This document shows positions 26,879 to 38,027 of a stretch of DNA of 64,000 nucleotides, piece by piece. Where the stretch lies: contig NC_086109.1 of NCBI RefSeq assembly GCF_963921235.1, positions 28,026,001 through 28,090,000 on the forward strand, in the 5' to 3' direction. The first letter of the stretch is position 1; each line of letters opens with the position of its first letter. Both the position numbers and the translations under genes were made by a program. The stretch comes from Mobula hypostoma (taxonomy: Eukaryota). Below the pieces are notes generated by a model. It ran no database searches, was not told the DNA's origin, and saw nothing but the letters and a program-made list of their open reading frames with translations.

Positions 26879-27139
26879 ATTTTGGGATTCCCTTTACTTA
26901 ATTGGGATGCAATCATGGTATGGTGTGTTCACTTCAGCTAGTCTATGTATTTATTGGAGGGAATGCAGGAGCACAATAATTTGTAAAACCATCTTTGTAA
27001 TAGATTTTGAGTTTTATATTTAGGTACAATTATTCACTCTGATTTACTTTACAATAAGAGTTTGCTTTCGTCTAAACCAAATACAATTTGAAGTGTTTCA
27101 ATAGATTTCCCTTTACTTATCTCTTTCATACATCATATC
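26879..27139 (+). repeat. 261-bp dispersed direct repeat, copy 2
   Basis: About 95% identical by eye to 20318-20578. Confidence 0.9.
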
Positions 27140-28789
27140 ATCTTTTGCTAATTAATAGCCTATCTCATTTATAGATGGAAAAGCATCTTTGTATTGTGCT
27201 TTGAAAATTATTGTAATAATAACTTACAATAACCATACATCATCTGGAATCGATTCCCTCTGAGCATTGCTGATAGGTCCTTGTATATACTTTATACTTT
27301 ATTGTCGCCAAACAGTTGATACTAGAACGTACAATCATCATAGCAATATTTGATTCTGCGCTTCCTGCTCCCTGGATTACAAATCGATAGTAAATATTAA
27401 AAAATTAAATTATAAATCATAAATAGAAAATAGAAAAATGGAAAGTAAGGTAGTGCAAAAAAACTGAGATGCAGGTCCGGATATTTGGAGGGTATGGCCC
27501 AGATCCGGGTCAGGATCCATTCAGCAGTCTTATCACAGTTGGAAAGAAGCTGTTCCCAAATCTGATCGTACGAGTCTTATATACCTTTTCATGTTTAACT
27601 TAATACTTTGACTCCATTTAGGAAACCTTCACTGTGAGACAAAGTTGATATTAGAAAATGTTTAAATTACATTTATATTATTATCAGTAAAATGACTAAA
27701 ATTTCCATATCTATTTATTTTAGTTCTCGCCGAATGCATTAAGATGATGGTCTTTCTCAGCTAAGTTTATTTCATTTTCCTATAATCACAATTGGTAAAG
27801 CTAATCTGTTCATTGTTCATTAAATCACCAGAATTTACTTAGCACAAAATACATCCAAATCTCTTTAAGCTTGAGTAAACTGCTTCTTTGTAAGAATGAC
27901 ACAGAATTTGTTTTCAGATTTACTGCAATCTTACGTTATCATTTTCTCTGAAAGCTACAGTTTTCCATTACTAAATATTTTCGAGAGCATCTTAAAAGCT
28001 CACCACTTGACTTCAAAGAGAATTTGCCCCAAAACTGACAGATTTTTTCAGTAACAGTAACAGTGATAAGTAATTATGTTTAGATATTGATGGCTTTTCG
28101 CTGTGAGGTTATTAACTTTCTGATTGTTATGAAGAGTGAAACTCAAATGCTTGCGTCCTTGGCTCGTGAACTTTGTGTTAGTATCACAAGCTCACCCCAA
28201 GCAAAAACCTTAAATGTTTTCAAAGTCAATTTGTTTTGAAACAGACCTCATACTTACATACGGAAAACAGTTAGTTACTGATGAAGTTATGAAAATTTAA
28301 GCTTTACTTCTTCTGTATCAAGATAATGAGATCTCTAGCTATAGGCCCAACTTAATTTCTCTCACTTTCTGGGTCTATTTCTGTTTTGTAAATCCATGTA
28401 GTTAGTCAGGCACTTTCACTTCCCTGTAGTTGTAATTTCTCCCCCATTCTATTGTGCATTAAAATGTCTATTTTGTAGCTAGCAAACCAGCACCAGCAAC
28501 GAAAACAGAAAAAGGAACAAAACACTCAAGAGTGAGCAGCATCTGTGGAAGGAGATACAATTGATTTCTTTGGGCCCAGGATTTTTCACAAGAATACCAG
28601 ATTAACTTTATTCACCATATCTACTTATTACTGTTATTTTGAAATCACTTCTACACCACTTCTTTTCTGTTATTGGTTCATTTTAATCTGGTTGAATGAA
28701 AACAATTTGAAGCATTCTTTAAAAAAATCTAAAATCCACAAGTATACACAAAGAACAAAATACATTGATAGTGTGCTTTCACAATCTCA

Positions 28790-29070
28790 GCATGGTTTGC
28801 CACTAATAAAGTAGTTTATGAAGTATAGTTTTTTGCATTAATACAGCTGCCAATCTGTGCAAAGCAGACTCTGGCAAAAGGAAGAGATAAAGCCCGGATA
28901 ACCTTTCCTGTTTAGGTTAATTGAGGAATAAACATTGGCTCATTTATTGAAGATAATTTTACTGCCTTTCAGAGTAGTACCATGGGATCATTTAGATCCA
29001 CCTCAGAAAATGGACTGAGTTAGTATAATGTCTCATTCAGGGAGACAATGCTCCCTTAGTACTGTTCTTG
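28790..29070 (-). mobile_element. Ancient Deu-domain SINE (SacSINE1/AmnSINE-like)
   Basis: TAGTACCATGGGATCATTTAGATCCACCT..AATGTCTCATTC..CTCCCTTAGTACTG resembles, from memory, the reverse Deu-domain consensus. Confidence 0.5.
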
Positions 29071-31049
29071 GCTATTTCCCTACCTCCAAAATTTTTCTAT
29101 GAATGTGGTCCTATTATATTTTTCCCTCATCTCCCCTAATTCACAAATATCTGATGTCTGCTGAATGATCTGCATTAGGCTGTTGCATGTGTTGGCTATC
29201 TTGTTCTTTCTATCGTATAATTTGTGTCCACCATCATCAATTTATTTTAGAGCATAAAAACATTATTGGCTCTCATTCCACCCTCACATTCAATTAACAG
29301 ATAATTTAATGGCTGTGAGGTTAAGGCAGAAAACCTTTGTTGCTATTCAGAATCTCTGCCATGTAACTTAGTTGGTGATAAATACTCTGGTTGATGAGAT
29401 GGATGGGTTTCTTTTGTTTTACTCTGAGATGGATGGCTCCCTGAGGCCCGGCACTGACCTGGTAAACCTCATTACATGTAAGGCTGGTCAGTTTAAGCAA
29501 CTGTTGTAGTTCAGTATAAATTAATCACAGCAGTGCAAAGTGAGAACCATGGCAAAGAGGGTGTTTGAATGTGGACTATTAGAGCTAATCAGGTCTGGGA
29601 CTTCCAGAGATCATTGAATACCAGTTAATAGGGGACTGGCCACCTTAATGAGAAAACATTACGAAAGTGCATTGTAACTTAGAAAAAAGTGATTTGCGAT
29701 GGTTTTGGCTACACAGATAAAACAGCTGCAGAAGAAAATACACCGGTCCATGTTTAAGTCATCAGTTTTTTTTATTAATTGAGTACCTGTTGTCATTCAA
29801 TAAAAGATAGAATGGAACAACCATTTTCATATTCTCAATGAAAAGGAACATTGGTTCTTCTAAAGCTCCATACAAAATTACACCGAGGAGGACCAAGGCC
29901 AGCTGCATATTAATCAGGAATACAACACGAGCAGCTTGTACTTACATCTTATCTTTACTACAGCAAAATATCTGAACACATTTCACAGGAAAGATTTCCC
30001 TGGAATTAAACAGAGTTGTAACGAGAGATATAGTTGTAAAGACTTTTTCAAGGAAGCTGGTTTAGAAAGACAGCATCCACAATATATATTTAAACAACTA
30101 CCTCCTAGTATTGAACTATAATAGCATTTATATAATATTGCATAATTTGAGGGTAGGATTATAAACTAGCAAAGGACAGTATCATATATGTTTGACCAAA
30201 GGCAGTGATAGCAAAATGCGTGATTAACCATATGGCAATTGAATGCAGTTGAGTCCATCTAAAATGGATCGCAGCGTTATAAGGAATTAGGGTCAATGCT
30301 GTAATTTTTTATAGCCTTCTGTTATCTCGGCATCATGCCCACTTAGTCATTTATTCTAGAAAAATTTTAATATTATCCTAATAATTAAGAAACAAAACTC
30401 TTTTGGTCTCAGCTGTTCTGCTTTATATACGACTTCTGTTTTAAATCCCTGAACAAATTAGTGTAATGTGCGTTTCTGTCCATTATTATGACATTTACAG
30501 TAATTTGATATCTTTTCATAGCAAATACTGTAATTTATTTGGATGGGACATGACAGTTTTAGCCTGAGGGACTAATATTTAGTTAATTAACATGGGATTA
30601 TAAACAAACCTTTGTCTCTTTCAAACTATAGCTAAATAGGCACATTCGTATTTGTCTACAGAGAAGGACTACTACAAAAGCAATTGTGCCTGAAGCTGTA
30701 TGTATCACATGCTGAGTCTCTGGTTTCAGTATGTTTTCCCATATCGCTAGTGAGAAGGATTACACATCAGTCGTTCTTAATAACTGATAAGTCAATTGTC
30801 AAATATTTCATTAAAACACATTTATTAACAGTAAAGGGAACTATGTGAAGTCTACTTTACAGATACACAGTTTGATAAATTACAGATCTAGACAGCAAGC
30901 AGAAATAATTGTCACATTGTGACACTATTAAAAGGAGACTTGAATTTGGGATGTGTCTTTATAGAATTTCAGGCATCCCCAAATCATTTTCACACAGTTA
31001 AGTACTTTTAAGGTATGGTCACTTTTGTAATGTGTAAAATATGTCACTA

Positions 31050-31915
31050 ATTGAATCCAAAATTGGCTTGGTCATGGAAGACAGAGAGTAGTGATGGAGG
31101 AGCGTTTTCTGGCTGAAGGTTGGTGGCCAGTGGTGTTCCATAAGTTTCAGTGCCAGGGCCCTTGGTGTTTGTAAATTAATGATTTGGGTAAAATGTAAGT
31201 GGTCTAATTAGTAAGTTTGCAGGTAATATGAAAATTGGTGGACTTGTGGACAGCAAAGAAAGCTGTCAAAAGGTGCAGTAGGATGTAGATCAGTTGCAAA
31301 TTTAGGTGGCGAAATAGTAGCTAGAGTTTAATTCTCACATGTGTGAGGTGTTGAATTTTGGAAGGTCAAATGCAGGAAGAATGTAGACAGTAAGTAGCAA
31401 GACCTTTGGAGGTATTGATGTACTAAGAGATCTTGGGATGCAGGTCCATAGCTCCCTGTAAGTGGCAACAGAATTGGATAGGATGGTAAAGACAACATCC
31501 AGCATGCTTACTTTCATTGATCAGGGTGTTGACTATAAAAGTTGGAAAGTCCTCTTAAACTGAAAGAATGTTGTTTAGGTCATATTTAAGTATTGTGTGC
31601 TGTTCTGGTTGTCAAAACATAGGAAGGATATGAATGTATTGGAGAATATACAGAAGAGGTTGACCAGAATGTTGCTTGGATTAGAGCATATTAGTCACAA
31701 AGAAAAATTGGACAACAGGCTTTCTCTATAATGTCAAAGGTTGAGGAGTGACCTGACAGTATATAAAATAATGAGAGGGTAGATATTTCCCTGAGGGTGA
31801 AAATATCAGATAATTGAGGGCACAGGTTTAAGTTGAGAAGTGGGAAGTTTAAAGATTTACAAGGCAAGATTTTAACACAGTGAGTGGAAGCTGCCTGGAA
31901 TGTGTTGCAAAGGAG
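31050..31915 (+). mobile_element. Degraded CR1 RT fragment
   Basis: SGVP, RDLGMQVH and YCVLFW remnants with many stops. Confidence 0.75.
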
Positions 31916-32717
31916 ATGACAACCAGACAGTAAAACAGAAGTAAAACCAGAATTAGTATTCTCTATCCATCAAGTCTGGCAGCAATTCCTCAAAGAGAAA
32001 AGGAATTAATGCTTCAGATAGAAGAGCCTTCATAGGAACTGATAAAAAGGGGAAAACAAGTTAGTTTCAGGCTGCAGAGAGACTGGGGCATGGATAGATA
32101 GGACAAAGGGAAAATCTCTGACAGAGCTGGGTCAGGATTACTGTGATGATAAACATCACAGCTGGTTGAAAGTATACAGACGGATATTTGAGATAAGAGA
32201 CAAATAAATAGACATGTAAAAGCTGCAGAAATCCCAGTGTTCATAGAAAGAACTGAGTAAGTATTCTAGTTGGATGACTTACTGAATAATCAGCTAGTTC
32301 TGAAATGAACAGGGATGGTGAGTTACACAAAATTGTTAAATTCACTATTGAGTATCAAAGGCAGAAGATTATGTCCGGTTCCTTCAAGTTTAGCTTGGGT
32401 TTTGTTAGAATAGTGCAAGAAGCTGGGAGCAGAGAGGTCAAAGTAGAGTTGGGATAAGTGTTAATGTAACAGGCAACTGGAAAGTGAGGTTAACTGGACT
32501 GGGTGAATCATTTTTTTTAATCTATAGAGCAAACATTGACCTTCCAGTCTAACTGTTGTGAGGCAGAAATACACTTTTGCCTTTCAAAATGCAAGTAACT
32601 AATGTGCCTCTACTGACCTAAGCATCTCATTATATAAACAAGAGAAAATCTCCAGACAACACACATCAAAGTTGCTGGTGAACGCAGCAGGCCAGGTAGC
32701 ATCTCTAGGAAGAGGTA

Positions 32718-32755
32718 CAGTTGACGTTACGGGCCGAGACCCTTCGTCAGGACTA
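32718..32755 (-). ncRNA. Hammerhead motif with mutated GAAA box
   Basis: Minus: TAGTC-CTGACGA-AGGGTCTCGGCCC-GTAA-CGTC-AACTG. Confidence 0.6.
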
Positions 32756-33168
32756 ACTGAAAGAAGAGCAGGTAAGAGATTTGAAAGTGGGAGGGGGAGG
32801 CTGATCCAAAATGATAGGAGAAGACAGGAGGGGGAGGGATGGAGCCAAGAGCTGGACAGGTGATTGGCAAAAGGGATATGAGAGGATCATGGGACAGGAG
32901 GCCCAGGGAGAAAGAAAAGGGGGAGGGGGGGAAAAACCCAGAGGATGGGCAAGGGGTATAGTGGGAGGGACAGAGGGAGAAAAAGGAGAGAGAAAAAAAG
33001 AATGTGTGTATATAAATAAATAACGGATGGGGTACGAGGGGGAGGTGGGGCATTAGCGGAAGTTTGAGAAGTCAATGTTCATGCCATCAGGTTGGAGGCT
33101 ACCCAGACAGAATATAAGGTGCTGTACTACCCAGACAGAATATAAGGTGTTCTGGTCTTCTATATATT

Positions 33169-33462
33169 GGCGTATATTGTGTCCGGTGCTCCCGATGTGG
33201 CCTTCTATATATTGGTGAGACCCGATGCAGACTGGGAGATCGTTTCGCTGAACATCTACGCTCTGTCCGCCAGAGAAAGCAGGATCTCCCAGTGGCCACA
33301 CATTTTAATTCCACGTCCCATTCTCATTCTGATATGTCTATCCACGGCCTCCTCTACTGTAAAGATGAAGCCACACTCAGGTTGGAGGAAGAACACCTTA
33401 TATTCCGTCTGGGTAGCCTCCAACCTGATGGCATGATCATTGACTTCTCAAACCTCCCCTAA
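33169..33462 (+). CDS. GIY-YIG endonuclease domain of a Penelope-like element (5'-truncated, stop-free)
   Basis: Manual translation: GVYCVRCSRCGLLYIGETRCRLGDRFAEHLRSVRQRKQDLPVATHFNSTSHSHSDMSIHGLLYCKDEATLRLEEEHLIFRLGSLQPDGMIIDFSNLP*. This frame is absent from the ORF track. Confidence 0.85.
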   Translation, partial: GVYCVRCSRCGLLYIGETRCRLGDRFAEHLRSVRQRKQDLPVATHFNSTSHSHSDMSIHGLLYCKDEATLRLEEEHLIFRLGSLQPDGMIIDFSNLP

Positions 33463-33757
33463 TGCCCCACCTCCCCCTCGTACCCCATCCGTTATTTATT
33501 CATATGCACACATTCTTTCTCTCTCTCTCCTTTCTCTCCCTCTGTCCCTCTCACTATACCCCTTGCCCATCTTCTGGGTCCCCCCCTCCCCCTTTTCTTT
33601 CTCCCTGGGTCTCCCGTCCCATGATCCTCTCATATTCCTTTTGCCAATCAACTGTCCAGCTCTTGGCTCCATCCCTCCCGCTCCTGTCTTCTCCTATCAT
33701 TTTGGATCTCCCCCTCCCCCTCCCGCTTTCAAATCTCTTACTAGCTCTTCTTTCAGT

Positions 33758-33795
33758 TCGTCCTGACGAAGGGTCTCGGCCCGAAACGTCGACTG
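33758..33795 (+). ncRNA. Minimal type I hammerhead ribozyme motif, intact core
   Basis: TCGTC-CTGACGA-AGGGTCTCGGCCC-GAAA-CGTC-GACTG; stem II GGGT/GCCC; GUC cleavage triplet at 33788-33790. Confidence 0.8.
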
Positions 33796-33903
33796 GACCT
33801 CTTCCTAGAGATGCTGCCTAGCCTGCTGCGTTCACCAGCAAATTTTATGTGTGTTGCTTGAAATTCCAGCACCTGCAGAATTCCTTGTGTTTGTGTTTTG
33901 AAG

Positions 33904-34020
33904 ATCTCCAGATGCTGGAAGTCCAAGCAACACACACAAAATGCTGGAGGAACTCAGCAGGCCAAGCAGCATCTATGGAAAAGAGTGCAGTCGATGTTTC
34001 ATGACAAGACCCTTCAGTCG
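33904..34020 (-). mobile_element. Older Penelope-like 3' end
   Basis: Same tail family (GGAACTCAGCAGGCCAAGCAGCATC) with a degenerate hammerhead; its terminus continues at 32635-32656. Confidence 0.65.
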
Positions 34021-34503
34021 AGATATAATATATCTTATTATATATATTGATATAAATAATTTCCTTACATATTTCAAAGTAAGAAATTGTGAAATTTAAG
34101 TATCTTGAACTATGTATACGCTGCCTCTGAAATTTATTTAATAAGATGAGCCGGTGATCAGAGACATTTAGAGGCAGTGGAAAAGGTCTGACTGCATAAT
34201 CTGTCAAAAGGCCATCAAAACGGTTAGGAGTGGGACTTCAGTTTACTCTCAATTGTGATCTTAACTCCAAGACACTGGGAGCCACGTGATTGCAAAAGGA
34301 AAGGGTGTCGGCAATATTCAGCCCATTTTGAGCACAACCTGACTCAAAGATTCAGTCAGCACTGCCTTATTGTGTTTACGCACAAGCCACAGATGTTTAT
34401 TAATGTCCTCAAGGGAAAGAATTGCACAATCTGATGAATAAGGAACTTCATGCACACAAGTTGACTTAATTACATTCGAAATTGCCCAAGCAAGTTATTC
34501 AGT

Positions 34504-34930
34504 TGCACGCTTGCTGTCTGTTACACTGCTGGCGTTTAGTGTAGCATTGAAGGTCCTCCATCTCTGAAGTGTTCAGGGCTTCCTTCATCATGTCAGTAGC
34601 TTGGTTGTCACTACTGTCAGGTCATGCAAGTTCTGGGTGAATTCTCAGGAAAACTGTCGGACTCAGATGTAGAAGGATACTTCATTGCTGTTTCCATGAC
34701 AGTTTTGCTTTACCAGTCAGGGTTGTTGGCTCTGAGCTGAACCCCTGAACCTGGAGGACTGGTGGACCACCCTTAGTCTGGCCTCTACCCTTTGACTTGT
34801 TTGGCCTGGGTGACCCTACCAAAAGCCAAAGCATAAAGCCCTGACTCCAGCCAACATAGGTCTCCGGGTCATTGAGGCATGCAAGCTGCCAAGCCCTGCG
34901 ACAAGATTCTGGTCCTCTTGGAGGCATCAA
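34504..34930 (-). mobile_element. Internally deleted RTE-derived non-autonomous element
   Basis: RTE/BovB-like 5'UTR (CTTGTCG..GCTTGCATGCCTCAATGA..GTAGGGTCACCCA) joined to an RTE-like 3' end (AGATGGAGGACCTT..). Confidence 0.55.
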
Positions 34931-35448
34931 GTCACACAAAATGCAATATTAAAAAAAAGGAAATGCATGAGTTATATAATATCATTCCAAGTGTGGGAAA
35001 TGAAGGCATATGCAGCCTTGTTGGGAGATGCTTGGTCAGGAGTTTTCATGTTAAACAAGTATAAATTTGTGGTCAAATACAACGTCAGATGAAAATTTCT
35101 TGATCTATTACATTAATCTTGTTTCTTTCTCCTGAGTACTTCAAGCATTATCTATTTTCATTCTAGTGAATCAATGCGAAGGTCAGCTTCTCCAGTCACA
35201 TGTAGAAAAATCTGGACAACATTCAGCTTCGGGTTAGGAAATGGCGGGGAAGATTTATGATAAAAGGTCAGACCATGCCCATTTCCACCAAGAGAAAATC
35301 TAAGCATCTTATCCTGAGATTCAATGGCATTTCTGGCATGAAATCCCTCACCAATAATATCCTGGGGATCATCATTGAACAGGAATATTAGTGAACCAGA
35401 ACATAAATACTGTGATTATACAGCAATCTGGAGACTGGAATCTTCTTA

Positions 35449-36328
35449 TAGTCATAGCCATAGTCATACTTTATTGATCCCGGGGGAAATTGGTTTTTGT
35501 TACAGTTGCACCATAAATAATAAATAGTAATAGAAATAGTAATAGTAATATTACTATTAGTAAATAGTAAATAGTAATAGTCATAGAAATAATAAGTAGC
35601 AATAGAATAGTAATAGAAAATAGTAATAAATAGTTAAATAGTAGTATGTAAATTATGCCAGTAAATTATGAAATAAATCCAGGACTAGCCTATTGGCTCA
35701 GGGTGTCTGACCCTCCAAGGGAGGAGTTGTAAAGTTTGATGGCCACAGGCAGAAATGACTTCCTATGATGCTCTGTGCTGCATCTCGGAGGAATGAGTCT
35801 CTGGCTGAATGTACTCCTGTGCTCACCCAGTACATTATGTAGTGGATGGGAGGCATTGACCAAGATGGCATGCAACTTAGACAGCATCCTCTTTTCAGAC
35901 ACCACCGTCAGAGAGTCCAGTTCCATCCCCACAACATCAGTGGCCCTACGAATGAGTTTGTTGATTCTGATGGTGTCTGCTACCCTCAGCCTGCTGCCCC
36001 AGCACACAACAGCAAACATGATAGCACTGGCCACCACAGACCCGTAGAACTTCCTCAGTATCGTCTGGCAGATGTTAAAGGACATCAGTCTACTCGGGAA
36101 ATAGAGACGGCTCTGACCCTTCTTGTAGACAGCCTCAGTGTTCTTAGACCAGTCCAGTTTATTGTCAATTCGTATCCCCAGGTATTTGTAATCCTCCACC
36201 TTGTCCACACTGTCCCCCTGGATGGAAACAGGGGTCACCGGTACCTTAGCTCTCCTCAGGTCTACCACCAGCTCCTTAGTCCTTTTCACATTAAGCTGCA
36301 GATAATTCTGCTCACACCATGTGACAAA
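35449..36328 (-). mobile_element. Rex1/Babar-type LINE 3' end
   Basis: ORF 35690-36289 TKELVVDLRR..YKYLGI..KKGQSRLYF..VVCWG..HPLH..SFLPVAIKLYN; AATAAA and a short-repeat tail. Confidence 0.85.
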
Positions 36329-37977
36329 GCAGATGTGTCATTGCAGATCCCAACATCTACACGCCTGGAAGATGAGAGAATACTTTCCATTGGTGAAACT
36401 CCATGGACACTCAAGAAGCTCAACAAAATCCAAGAGAAAACAGATCTCCTAACAGGCATCTCATCCATTTGCTTATATATTCAGTTATAAAGGAGAAACA
36501 GAATGCTAGAAATACCGAGAAGATATGGATATGGTAGAACTACTGGTTGAGACTGTCAACCTTCCATCAGTTTTACAGAAATGTGATCAACCTGAAATCT
36601 TAACTTTTTTTCTTTCTCCACAGTTGCTAGCTGGTCTGCCAGCACTTCCAGCAATTTCCCTTTTCAGATTCCCGGGATCTGTAGTGGTTCATGTTTGAGG
36701 CACTATCAACTTCTCCTTCATTCAGCGGTGATATATTGTGTATTGTCAGTTTTGAATTAGGATTTATTTATCACATAAACTTTGAATACACCCAAGGATG
36801 TGCTAGGGGTAGCCTGCAAGTATAGACACTCATTCTGGCTCCAACATAACATGCTCACAGTGTTTCACAGAACAACACAAGCAGCAACAACAACAAAATA
36901 AAGCAAAACAACAGTAAGACAGGCCCCATTCCTATCCCTCCCACCCTCCCACCCACCCCTTCACACATGCTGCCTCCGGGTCTCCAGTCTTTGTCCTCGG
37001 ATTCTCACACTTGCAGACATTGGACCTCCATCTTTGGAGTTCATCCCAGGACTCGCTGGTCACAGGTTTGACCTTTGGGCCTTGACTTCCAGACTCACAC
37101 AGATCTCTGACCCTGTTGACCTGGGCACCTGTGACTCTTTTGGACCTCTGCCTTTGGTCTTTGACTTTCAGGCTTCGACTTTCGGCATTGCCCTCTGGAC
37201 TTTGCCGGGTTTGATCCTCAACCCTCTACTTCTAGGTTCACACGGACCTCATTTTATGGATGTACAGACCTGTGACCTCAATAACCTGCTGGGCGGTGGG
37301 GGTGGGGGTAGGTGTTACTAGCCCCTATATCTCCTCCCATACCTGGGACCTTCTCAGTGCCTGTAACATGACTTCCAGGATTGCTGTTTTTTGACCTTGG
37401 GGTGCTTCAACCTGGACTCAGGCTCCTTCCCTAACACCTCATTTGAAACCCTGACCTCTGACTCTTCCTGTCTGGAAACACTAACTGGTCCCCTAACTCC
37501 CCCCTCTATCCCAAAACCATACCTAGGACAAAAAAAAACTAAGTATGAGCCACATCGGTGGGCCTGGCAACTCAGCAGCACCTTGGTCTGCAAAATGTAC
37601 TGCAGCAAACTTCTTCAACACTTCATAAACCTATGACCTCTACTGCTTGTAATCTGCTCTCTTAAACAGAAAAGCAGAACATCAAGGAGGCAGCTCTTAG
37701 CCACCTCCTGAAAAGCATTACAATCTGGGCAATAAATACTGGCCCTGCTGATGACACCCATATCCATGAAAGGAAACGTTCTGCCTATGGCCTGGTATTA
37801 GACATGCTGACTTGATGCGAGCTTAATTGATTTAAGAACTGCTACAGACAATTTCCTTTATAATTACCGGGCAATTCCACATCAGAAAATTTGGAAGTAC
37901 TTTGATGTTTCTAAATTCTATGAAAAAAAACATAGAATGTCATGATGCAAAGGCTATAAAGTCCATGATAATATATA

Positions 37978-37979
<2 letters not shown>

Positions 37980-38026
<47 letters not shown>
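37980..38026. repeat. (GT)n microsatellite
   Basis: About 23 perfect GT units. Confidence 0.95.

Positions 38027-38027
<1 letters not shown>

Larger units (their letters stand above)
32657..33903. mobile_element. Penelope-like element, inverted duplication (young copy)
   Basis: Minus arm ~32657-33150 and plus arm ~33169-33897 are near-reverse-complements; flanked by ATCTCCAGA at 32648-32656 and 33904-33912. Confidence 0.88.

Noticed and set aside
35846..36490. 214-aa plus-strand ORF (similarly 56124-56870)
   Set aside because: Antisense shadows of LINE reverse transcriptase frames.
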